64,000 bases of DNA from Euryarchaeota archaeon UBA171 (GTDB lineage Archaea > Thermoplasmatota > Poseidoniia > Poseidoniales > Thalassarchaeaceae), in contig DANO01000025.1 in assembly GCA_002497295.1 (NCBI GenBank), positions 71,098 through 135,097 on the forward strand, read 5' to 3'. Positions 45,296 through 53,129 of this stretch are shown piece by piece (position 1 is the first letter of the stretch; the number at the start of each line of letters is the position of its first letter). The position numbers and the translations under genes were made by a program. Under the pieces are notes generated by a model, which worked only from the letters and a program-made list of their open reading frames with translations, was not told where the DNA came from and did no database searches.

Positions 45296-46048
45296 ATGAA
45301 GAGTGATGAAGAACGCTTGACTGTAGTCAACGTAGTCGCATCTACAAGAGTCGCCGAAGAACTAGACCTACCTGACATCGCAATCCAACTGAATTGTGAA
45401 TATGAGCCGGAGCAATTCCCCGGCGTCGTCTATCGAGTCGTGGACCCGAAACTTGCCATCTTGATGTTCCGATCAGGAAGAGCCGTGTGCACAGGCGGGA
45501 AGAATGAGGAGAATATCCATGAGGGAATCACCCGCATGATAGGGGATTTAAGAGCAGCAGGAATCGAGACTTGGGAGATAGAAGACGTCAAGATCGAGGT
45601 TCAGAATATGGTCGCCACATATGCACTGCACTATCCCGAAGATTACAATGGAACTGCACGCATGGACGACATCAATACCCGTGTAATAGATCTTGATGAG
45701 GGAGAAATACGTCCTGCTGATGACGAAGAGATTGAAGTTTGGAATGCAATGACAAAGGAAGAACAAGAAAAGTTCGGCAAATTCCAGATCCGTGGAATAA
45801 AGCAGGGAGAGCCATTGGCCACAATGCCCAGGAAACTCAATCTGAACAACCTTACGTTCCACCTGCCTTTCGATAAGGTAGAATACGAGCCAGAGCAGTT
45901 CCCGGGTCTGATTTACAGGTTAGACTACCCACGTGTTGTGTGTTTGATTTTCGGAAGCGGTAAGATGGTGATAACCGGCGCGAGAAGGAAAGATGAGATT
46001 TTAGAAGCCGTCCAATTCATTCAGGATGAGTTGGCCGACCTACTCTGA
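45296..46048 (+). CDS. tbp: TATA-box-binding protein with a large insertion in repeat 2
   Basis: Both TBP repeats are recognisable: VNVVASTRV...EYEPEQFPGVVYRV...FRSGRAVCTGG and IEVQNMVATYAL...EYEPEQFPGLIYRL...FGSGKMVITGA. The protein is 250 aa against about 180-190 for typical archaeal TBPs, because of an insert at about aa 112-177. Confidence 0.9.
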   Translation: MKSDEERLTVVNVVASTRVAEELDLPDIAIQLNCEYEPEQFPGVVYRVVDPKLAILMFRSGRAVCTGGKNEENIHEGITRMIGDLRAAGIETWEIEDVKIEVQNMVATYALHYPEDYNGTARMDDINTRVIDLDEGEIRPADDEEIEVWNAMTKEEQEKFGKFQIRGIKQGEPLATMPRKLNLNNLTFHLPFDKVEYEPEQFPGLIYRLDYPRVVCLIFGSGKMVITGARRKDEILEAVQFIQDELADLL

Positions 46049-49000
46049 GAATACGACAAGTGATTATACCCTTGACTTCCGTCAGAGGGTTGTGTTTGAC
46101 AGATCACGCTTGCGAGATTTTGTATTTTGGACAGCGGTTGCAATCCTGTTGTTTCCTTCATCGCCATATGATTCCGTATCCGAAGAGATACGCGAAGAAA
46201 AGCTCGATCAGAGATTCTCCCATTCATCAGGTTCTGTCGATACACCTTCCTGGAAAATCAATGATCGATGGTTCTATGATGGAGAGTTGGACGTTTACGA
46301 TTTCATTGCTAGTAGCGGCGTTTCAACCAACGTAAATACGCTCACAGGAACTCTTGATGTCCAAGTTACAGACATATTGGAGATCAACGTAGGAGGGGTT
46401 CAGACAATTGTGTATGAGGCCACCGGACAGGGGGATTATCGTGCAGACAACATACAGCTTGAAGGTCAGAATGGAGATGTAATTGTCGAGTTGGAGACTG
46501 TATCGTTAATCCGAGCTAGCGATATGGCTGTTATCAGCCAGACAGCGACAATCGATATTGAATTCGATGGCCCGTGGTGGGTGTGCCTGTTGATAAGTTG
46601 CGATATCGCCTCAATAACTGCCGCTAACGAATATTGGCCCCCTCTTGAGAGACATGACTTTCCACTGTATGTGGGCGACTCGTGGGTGAATGATTACACG
46701 GTGAATACGACTTATTCCGGCTCGTCTGCGTATGTGGACATACCCCAGGACTCTTCTGAGCAGGTCGAGACAACATCTACAGTGGTGCAGGCTGGCTATC
46801 CCGGAGTAAGCAACTCCGGCTGTGCTGTGAGTTACAATGTGACTGCGACAGATGTCAATGGAAGCATAGTTGGTTACGGTTGGCACTGTGACTCGATAGG
46901 GAACGACGTCCTAACTCTGAATGAGGTTACACTCGGACTGATGGCGGAACATGAGATTCGATTCTCAAGTCTTGCATTCAGGTCTACTGAGGTCCATGTG
47001 GACTTGGGATACCCCCTCTCACCATTCAATCTTGAATCCCCCATATGGGTCAATGTTACAGATAGTTCTGGCACTCCCTTGCAAGATACTGATGTGGAAG
47101 TTAGGTATGATGCGACAGGTTTTGGGACAACTCTCACGACCGCTTCCAACGGATCAGCATTCCTTTCTCTCGATTACGGCGCATATGGTGACGACTCGTA
47201 TGTTGTCGGGGAATACGGTTCACACGGTATTTTGGCTAGAGTTGGAACAGATAACATAGGAGTCTCAACAGTTACACTTGACCCCGACATACATGAGGTA
47301 GATCTCAAACTAGAATCTGTTTCAATTTCGGTTGAGCGCAACAGATCCAATACAATCGAAACCATCCCTTCGCCGTACGATGCTGTGCCTGGAGACATAG
47401 TTACCATGTCAGTACCGATTGTAAATGACGGTCTAATGCAAGCATCCTCTGGCCTTGTGGAGGCATTTGGAAGCAACACGGGCGCCATAGGTTCGGAACC
47501 ATTCCCCTCTTTGCCTTCCCTCGGAACTTATGTTGCCAACTTCGAGTGGACAGTCCCTGAAATAATGGGCAATGAATTGATCTCATTCTCGATAGATACT
47601 GGAGAATCCGATGGCAACCCTTCGAATGATGATGCTGACATATTCGTCTACGTAGGCAGGCTTCCCCATGCTGAAGTATCTATCCCCTCCGACCCCCTCA
47701 CGCTTACAGACGTCATCATCGATGCCACAGCATCGAATGATCCAGATGGTGGCGAAGTAATATGTAAAATCGAATCTCAGATGCCCGATGGAACGGTTCA
47801 GAGTGCCATTGGTTGTACACATTCTCAGGCATGGTCGGATGATGGTCAGTACAACGTAACAGTCACAATTACTGATGACGAGGGCGATATCAGCCAGGTA
47901 AGCACCACTGTGAATGTCCTCAATCGCCCACCAGAAGCAACACTACTACCATATGTTTCCTCGATTGTAATAGGTGATCAGATTACACTGCAATTGGAGA
48001 ACGTAAGAGACCTTGATACGAATACGCCCACTTCACCAGTTGAGATCAGCTGGAATGAGTCCTGTATCCAGGGCACATTGGGCGTTTCATGTACATTCAC
48101 TCCAAGTCAAGAGGGCGATGTGGCCGCATCAGTCACTATCGTGGATGATGACGGCGCTCAGACCACAATCAATGCAAATATACTGGTATTGAATGCCCCG
48201 CCTGTACTGGAATCTATACAAGTCTGGTTTGGCCCAAACCGCCTATCGCAGGACTCAAGGGGACTCTACACAATAAATGAGGGGGATTTACTGAGATTTA
48301 CGGCCGTGGCATCCGATAGTCCAGGTGACATGTCCACTTTGTATGCAATGTGGAGGCCAGATGCAGATTCGTCGTCCGGACCGATCGTGGAAGACTACTC
48401 TCCCGACTTCACTACAGAGTATGTGTACACTACATCAGGATTCCATCTTCTGGCCATAGAGATATTCGATGATGACGGGGCATCAACTGGAATCACAACT
48501 GTGCCCATAGAGGTCATCAACACCCCTCCAACAATTGATCCTGTGTCTCCACCACTGCCGGTTTTCGAAGACTCCCCCCTTACGATCTCCGTCTCGGTAA
48601 GAGATACTCCAGGCGACTTGGAGAATATTGAGATATGCTGGGATCTTGATTTGACTATAGATACATCAGCATCAGGTTCATTAGACGACGACTGCGACTA
48701 CACGGGTTCTAATTTTGATTATACCTGGGGGGATTCTAATTCTGCTCCTACATCTATAATTTTGCACATATCTGATGACGACGGCGCAACTGCTTCAGTC
48801 GAGATTCCCATAACTGTAAGGAACAAGGCTCCAATTGCTTTCGGAGTAATCTCTGAAGAATCGCCCACGGAAGGCGACATAGTCATCTTTTCAGCCCAAG
48901 GATCATCGGATACGCCATACGATTTGCCAAATCTGGATTACGCCTGGGACTTGGATATCATGTCTGATTCGGATGGAGATGGGGATTCTGGGAACGATAG

Positions 49001-49463
49001 AGATCTCATTGGATATTCCACTCAAAATACGTTTAACAAAGAAGGAACCAGAGTGGTCCGACTCATCGTAAGCGACGGAACTGAATCATCCTACTGGGAT
49101 GTCGAGGTATCCGTTAATCCAGCTCCGCAGCCATTCGGTATGATTGCAGCCTCAATAGGCGTACTTGTCGTGGTAGCTTTCGCTGTGACTATGATTCTTC
49201 GAGGACGTGGAAAGGGACTAGATGATCCAGCCTTGAATACGCGTGACGTTAGTGGAGAAACCAGAAGACCGATTAAGCCGAGTAAGTCGATCCCCATTCA
49301 AAAAGAGATAGTCAATGAAGACCCAATACGCGAATCTATGGAGGATCTTGCAGAGAAACTCTACGGCTCCAAAACCGATGCCCCGACTTCCCGATCCGAT
49401 GAGGATATCAGCGCCATTTCATCTTCTTTGAGGGAAGCACTGATGGAAGATGACCCTTCCTGA
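46026..49463 (+). CDS. Giant cell-surface protein with multiple PKD-like domains and C-terminal TM anchor
   Basis: An N-terminal anchor (FVFWTAVAILLFP) is followed by at least five PKD-like modules ending in recurring strings: VTVTITDDEGDISQVSTTVNVLNRPP, ASVTIVDDDGAQTTINANILVLNAPP, LAIEIFDDDGASTGITTVPIEVINTPP, IILHISDDDGATASVEIPITVRNKAP, VRLIVSDGTESSYWDVEVSVNPAP. A TM helix (IAASIGVLVVVAFAVTMIL) and a cytoplasmic tail follow. Confidence 0.8.
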   Translation: MSWPTYSENTTSDYTLDFRQRVVFDRSRLRDFVFWTAVAILLFPSSPYDSVSEEIREEKLDQRFSHSSGSVDTPSWKINDRWFYDGELDVYDFIASSGVSTNVNTLTGTLDVQVTDILEINVGGVQTIVYEATGQGDYRADNIQLEGQNGDVIVELETVSLIRASDMAVISQTATIDIEFDGPWWVCLLISCDIASITAANEYWPPLERHDFPLYVGDSWVNDYTVNTTYSGSSAYVDIPQDSSEQVETTSTVVQAGYPGVSNSGCAVSYNVTATDVNGSIVGYGWHCDSIGNDVLTLNEVTLGLMAEHEIRFSSLAFRSTEVHVDLGYPLSPFNLESPIWVNVTDSSGTPLQDTDVEVRYDATGFGTTLTTASNGSAFLSLDYGAYGDDSYVVGEYGSHGILARVGTDNIGVSTVTLDPDIHEVDLKLESVSISVERNRSNTIETIPSPYDAVPGDIVTMSVPIVNDGLMQASSGLVEAFGSNTGAIGSEPFPSLPSLGTYVANFEWTVPEIMGNELISFSIDTGESDGNPSNDDADIFVYVGRLPHAEVSIPSDPLTLTDVIIDATASNDPDGGEVICKIESQMPDGTVQSAIGCTHSQAWSDDGQYNVTVTITDDEGDISQVSTTVNVLNRPPEATLLPYVSSIVIGDQITLQLENVRDLDTNTPTSPVEISWNESCIQGTLGVSCTFTPSQEGDVAASVTIVDDDGAQTTINANILVLNAPPVLESIQVWFGPNRLSQDSRGLYTINEGDLLRFTAVASDSPGDMSTLYAMWRPDADSSSGPIVEDYSPDFTTEYVYTTSGFHLLAIEIFDDDGASTGITTVPIEVINTPPTIDPVSPPLPVFEDSPLTISVSVRDTPGDLENIEICWDLDLTIDTSASGSLDDDCDYTGSNFDYTWGDSNSAPTSIILHISDDDGATASVEIPITVRNKAPIAFGVISEESPTEGDIVIFSAQGSSDTPYDLPNLDYAWDLDIMSDSDGDGDSGNDRDLIGYSTQNTFNKEGTRVVRLIVSDGTESSYWDVEVSVNPAPQPFGMIAASIGVLVVVAFAVTMILRGRGKGLDDPALNTRDVSGETRRPIKPSKSIPIQKEIVNEDPIRESMEDLAEKLYGSKTDAPTSRSDEDISAISSSLREALMEDDPS

Positions 49464-49468
49464 GGGTC

Positions 49469-49948
49469 GTGAAGTGGCTACAAAGAGCCCTCGGCCTCCC
49501 TGTCGCACCCGACTCCGAAGATTGGAACAGAAATGGCGGAGATGTACGTGGAGTGGGCGACGATCATCCCTTCCATCAGTTGGACAAAGCAGTATGGTCA
49601 GAGCGGACAAGCAGAATAAATCCAAGGCCCTCTAGTGTCGTTAGATACCTAAAACCAAACGACAGATTGGGGATAGATGCGAATATTCTCGATGATGCCC
49701 TCAGATCTGGTGAGACAGTGATAGTCGATCTCTCAGGCTTGAGGCACGTGGAAACACAACGCGGGGCATTGAGAAAGAGAATAGGAGACTCAGCATCAAG
49801 AATTGGAAGGCCTGCATTCAGAATAGATTCAGAGGGATGCCTCCTCGTTGTGCCTGGCAGAGGCGTGCGAGTTGATCAGAAGCGCCATGTGCTCGGAACA
49901 GCTATTTGGCAGGATTCTAATTCAGAAAAAGAGTCTCTACCAATCTAA
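49469..49948 (+). CDS. sepF: SepF-like cell-division protein (FtsZ membrane anchor)
   Basis: It has an N-terminal amphipathic MKWLQRALGL and a C-terminal core, GETVIVDLSGLRHVETQRGALRKRIGDSASRIGRPAFRIDSEGCLLVVPGRGVRV, that matches the SepF/DUF552 pattern. It has a GTG start 5 nt after the PKD-gene stop, with GAGGG upstream. Confidence 0.55.
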   Translation: MKWLQRALGLPVAPDSEDWNRNGGDVRGVGDDHPFHQLDKAVWSERTSRINPRPSSVVRYLKPNDRLGIDANILDDALRSGETVIVDLSGLRHVETQRGALRKRIGDSASRIGRPAFRIDSEGCLLVVPGRGVRVDQKRHVLGTAIWQDSNSEKESLPI

Positions 49949-50785
49949 GGCATATGCCCATCCAGATGGCCCGATATCATTCGATAAGGTTCCATCTGAA
50001 ATCTGAATAAGCCGTGGACGACGTTCTTCACCGTCTTCCAATGCAAGTGTGACTGAGTTGATTTCCAATATTATCAGACTAGCTTTACAATTTCTTGGAA
50101 GATTTCTAATTTCTACGACCTCAGCATGTACAGTAGCAATCGCGGTGGAAAGAAGATCTCCCGATTCACATTCAATCAATCTTCCAGAGACAAGATCCCA
50201 TTCACTCACATCGCTGGGATGGGGCTGAGCAGATATTTCCACATCCATTGCACTACGTCTATCTCCGAGAAGCGCGTGAATAGATACTTCCGAGCCCACC
50301 CCTCCCTTCACTATGTTCTGGAACGTATTTCGGATACGACCTCCTTTGTCCGAAGACAGACTCATTGCAATCAATGGGGGCGTATTCGAAAGAATACTTA
50401 CCGAGGACATGGGTGCCAGATTGCGGGCGCCACTTGAATCACGAGTTCCAACTAAGAATACCGGACGCGGACCGATTACTCTTGCAATTAGCCCCCTACG
50501 TTCGACATGGCTCAATTTTGCAATGTCTGTTGACAGTATCTCCGATCCAAGTGGTTCCGGAGCGCTTGGGAGGGCGCTATCCGAACTCCCATCTAACCAT
50601 TCATCAAGAGCACCTGATATGACTTCTGAAGCAGAGTATGCAGTGAAATCTCGATACGCTTCCCATCTGCTAATTTCAATATCGCCACCTCCTCTTTCGA
50701 TCTTCCTTTCCAAGGACAAATCAGCATATTTGACACATCTGCCCAAGAAGGAGGAAATGAACTCTCGCTTATCCTCAATTTTCAA
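49937..50785 (-). CDS. Flavin reductase-like (FMN-binding split-barrel) domain protein with about 95-aa N-terminal extension
   Basis: GPRPVFLVGTRDSSGARNLAPMSSVSILSNTPPLIAMSL is the flavin_reduct signature. The N-terminal part is unassigned. Confidence 0.65.
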   Translation of the reverse strand: MKIEDKREFISSFLGRCVKYADLSLERKIERGGGDIEISRWEAYRDFTAYSASEVISGALDEWLDGSSDSALPSAPEPLGSEILSTDIAKLSHVERRGLIARVIGPRPVFLVGTRDSSGARNLAPMSSVSILSNTPPLIAMSLSSDKGGRIRNTFQNIVKGGVGSEVSIHALLGDRRSAMDVEISAQPHPSDVSEWDLVSGRLIECESGDLLSTAIATVHAEVVEIRNLPRNCKASLIILEINSVTLALEDGEERRPRLIQISDGTLSNDIGPSGWAYALDW

Positions 50786-50804
50786 AGATCAAGGCCCCCT
50801 GAAA

Positions 50805-51281
50805 TCACTCTTCTACAACTATTCCCATCTCAGTTGCAATTCTTTCAACATGGCCCGTAGCCCTGACATTGTATTTCGCGATTGAAATAATGCCCTTGGA
50901 GTCAATTACAAATGTGGAACGAACAGTTCCCATGTATGTCTTTCCATAGTTTGTTTTCTCTTTCCAAACTCCGTATGCCTCTTGAACTTTCAAATCCTCA
51001 TCAACAATCAAATCAAATTGTAATTGGTTGTTCTCTGAGAAACGTACATGTGATTTCGCGGAATCCTTCGAGACCCCCATCACCCTGTATCCTTTAGAGC
51101 GAAATACCTCGTACGCGTCTCTGAAGTCACAAGCTTCCTTGGTACACCCTGGAGTACTGTCTTTAGGATAGAAAAAGAGCACTAGACCATTCCCATCAGA
51201 AAGGATGCTTTCGAGAGACACCTCTGTACCATCTTGTATACGAGCTTTGAACGAGGGCGCCTTCTGGCCTGCTTCTAACAT
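50805..51281 (-). CDS. bcp: Thiol peroxidase, Bcp/PrxQ-type peroxiredoxin
   Basis: It has FFYPKDSTPGCTKEAC with the peroxidatic and resolving Cys. I prefer the ATG at 51281 (MLEAGQKAPSF) because the track start at 51344 overlaps the divergent gene. Confidence 0.85.
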   Translation of the reverse strand: MLEAGQKAPSFKARIQDGTEVSLESILSDGNGLVLFFYPKDSTPGCTKEACDFRDAYEVFRSKGYRVMGVSKDSAKSHVRFSENNQLQFDLIVDEDLKVQEAYGVWKEKTNYGKTYMGTVRSTFVIDSKGIISIAKYNVRATGHVERIATEMGIVVEE

Positions 51282-51368
51282 GGCTGCACGACACACTACA
51301 GTCACATGAAGCCTCGTACCGCCCCATCGCAACCCTATGTTCATCTCCTCCCTGCCTCATTGGGGTGC

Positions 51369-53129
51369 ATGGAGGTACCCGGCGAGCTCGCTGCCATGCT
51401 TGCTGGAGAGCATGGTCCGACACGTCAAAAGGCGGCACGATTAGTGACCGACCTCGCCCTTGCCGCTGGAGCAAATCAATTCACTAAGGCTTCTAATGCG
51501 CATGTTTCCGGCGTCTCTGTGATTACTGGCGGAGTCGGTCTTAGACGGTTTCTTGCAGATTTAGCTTCAGACGGAGATGCCAAGGTCGCTATACCCACTA
51601 CTCTGAACTCAGCCGGATGCGACTCTTCTAAGATTAATCAGATGGGAATTGATTATCCTGATTTCATGATCCTGCAAGCCGAGATAGTGACCTCCTACTG
51701 GGAGATGGGCATCCAAACAACTCTGTCATGCACGCCTTACGATCGCGATTCAGAATCAAGTAGCGGGATAGGTAGCTGGGCAGAATCGAACGCTGTGTGC
51801 TTTGCGAATACGTACACAGATTTAGCCACAAACAGGGAATCGGGTCTTTCAGCACTTTCCACAGCCTTGACCGGATGGGCCCCACTTTGGGGGCTCCACC
51901 TCCCGTCTAACAGGAAGCCGAATATCCTGGTGAACGTTGAATGCAACCTTACCGACTCCACAGACTTCTCAGTTCTAGGAGATTGGATAGGCCGGCAAAT
52001 CGAGTCAGACTGGACACTCCCATTCGGGCCGATGCCCAGGATACAGGGCTTGCCCGTGAGTGCTACATTTGAGATGAAGAAGGCACTCACCGCAGCAGCA
52101 GCAAATTTCGGTTGCCCGATGCTTTGGGCAGACGGCCTAACGCGGGACGCTCCAGATTCCGAATATCAGGGCTCGGTCACTTTCACACAAGAAGATCTTG
52201 ACGCGTGCTATGGCCGGCTCGCCCCGACCGGCCGAGTAGACCTAGTTGTCATTGGATGCCCGCAGGCAAGCATAGGGGAAGCACGTGCAGTGGCGGCAGA
52301 GGTACGAGCAAGAATGGAGTTGGGTGAAAAGATACCCGATCATCGTCTATGGCTATTCACATCGGGCACGGTGCACGATCAACTTCTCGCAGATGGCACA
52401 TCAGATATTCTGGAAGAAGGGGGCGTGCTTCTTCTAAGGGACACTTGTCCCGAAGTTACTCCGTACAACAGGAATCGGTACAACTACCTGCTCACCAATT
52501 CCATGAAAGCCGAACATTATCTCACTAGTGGTTTGAATTCAATGCCTACGAGCGTTGCTAGAATACCTGAGTGTGTAGCGCATGCATTCGATCCAGATTT
52601 ATCCTCCGGGCCTCCTCCCTCACTTGAAAAATCTCATGCAAAAGAAATGATTTCTACTAAAACATGGAAGAGTGGAGACATTTTACTGAGAGGATCCGGA
52701 TTACCAAGCCAGCATTCATTCGAGGTGACTGCTAGAGCGCTAGTCACAGACATACCGATCACATACCTCGGATATGTGGATCCAGAAACAGGTATTGTAA
52801 CTGAGCCTGGACACCCCCTTCATGGACAGGCTGTAGGCGGGAAGGTTCTCGTCTACCCGAGAGGTTCAGGATCCACTGTAGCCCCTTATGTGCTGATGGG
52901 TCTCTCTTATGGGGGAAAGGCGCCTGCAGCAATCTTGAACAGGGACGTTTGTCCTCTTACCCTTCCTGCCGCTTCTATACAGGCAATACCATATGGCCAT
53001 GGCTTCGATACCGATCCTACTATTGAGATAAATTCTGGAGACCTCGTGAAAATGACTCTCAACGATGGCATCGTCTCAGTCACTATATTGGATCGCTCAC
53101 CATCTCCGGATAAGGCGGAATCAGTATGA
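51369..53129 (+). CDS. Aconitase X (AcnX) family dehydratase, fused large (DUF521) + small swivel (DUF126) domains
   Basis: The N-terminal part reads AHVSGVSVITGG...AIPTTLNSAGCD and LSCTPY. The C-terminal part reads ITYLGYVDPETGIV...HPLHGQAVGGKVLVYPRGSGSTVAPYVL...GKAPAAIL (DUF126 pattern). I prefer the ATG at 51369 (MEVPGELA). Confidence 0.75.
   Translation: MEVPGELAAMLAGEHGPTRQKAARLVTDLALAAGANQFTKASNAHVSGVSVITGGVGLRRFLADLASDGDAKVAIPTTLNSAGCDSSKINQMGIDYPDFMILQAEIVTSYWEMGIQTTLSCTPYDRDSESSSGIGSWAESNAVCFANTYTDLATNRESGLSALSTALTGWAPLWGLHLPSNRKPNILVNVECNLTDSTDFSVLGDWIGRQIESDWTLPFGPMPRIQGLPVSATFEMKKALTAAAANFGCPMLWADGLTRDAPDSEYQGSVTFTQEDLDACYGRLAPTGRVDLVVIGCPQASIGEARAVAAEVRARMELGEKIPDHRLWLFTSGTVHDQLLADGTSDILEEGGVLLLRDTCPEVTPYNRNRYNYLLTNSMKAEHYLTSGLNSMPTSVARIPECVAHAFDPDLSSGPPPSLEKSHAKEMISTKTWKSGDILLRGSGLPSQHSFEVTARALVTDIPITYLGYVDPETGIVTEPGHPLHGQAVGGKVLVYPRGSGSTVAPYVLMGLSYGGKAPAAILNRDVCPLTLPAASIQAIPYGHGFDTDPTIEINSGDLVKMTLNDGIVSVTILDRSPSPDKAESV

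Noticed and set aside
45629-45826. The TBP insertion could be a mini-intein or a mobile insertion.
   Set aside because: There is no Cys/Ser/Thr at the insertion boundaries, no terminal His-Asn and no intein block motifs. The reading frame is continuous, and the insert is short, acidic and low in complexity, more like a loop expansion.
47650-49100. Periodic similarity within the PKD surface-protein gene might represent DNA tandem repeats.
   Set aside because: The repetition is at protein-domain level (the D-D-D-G-x...V-x-N-x-P-P module ends) with diverged codons. No near-identical nucleotide repeats were seen by eye.
6063-50885. Many long ORFs in the track lie antisense to confidently assigned genes. 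Examples are 6063-6602, 11988-12563, 13952-14563, 20799-21389, 24041-24610, 30956-31792, 31992-32528, 38733-39215, 42869-43615 and 50313-50885.
   Set aside because: Each lies wholly inside a gene with strong family motifs on the other strand. Their products are low-complexity and Ser/Pro/Arg-rich with no recognisable motifs. Open antisense frames of this kind are expected from codon bias in mid-G+C genomes.
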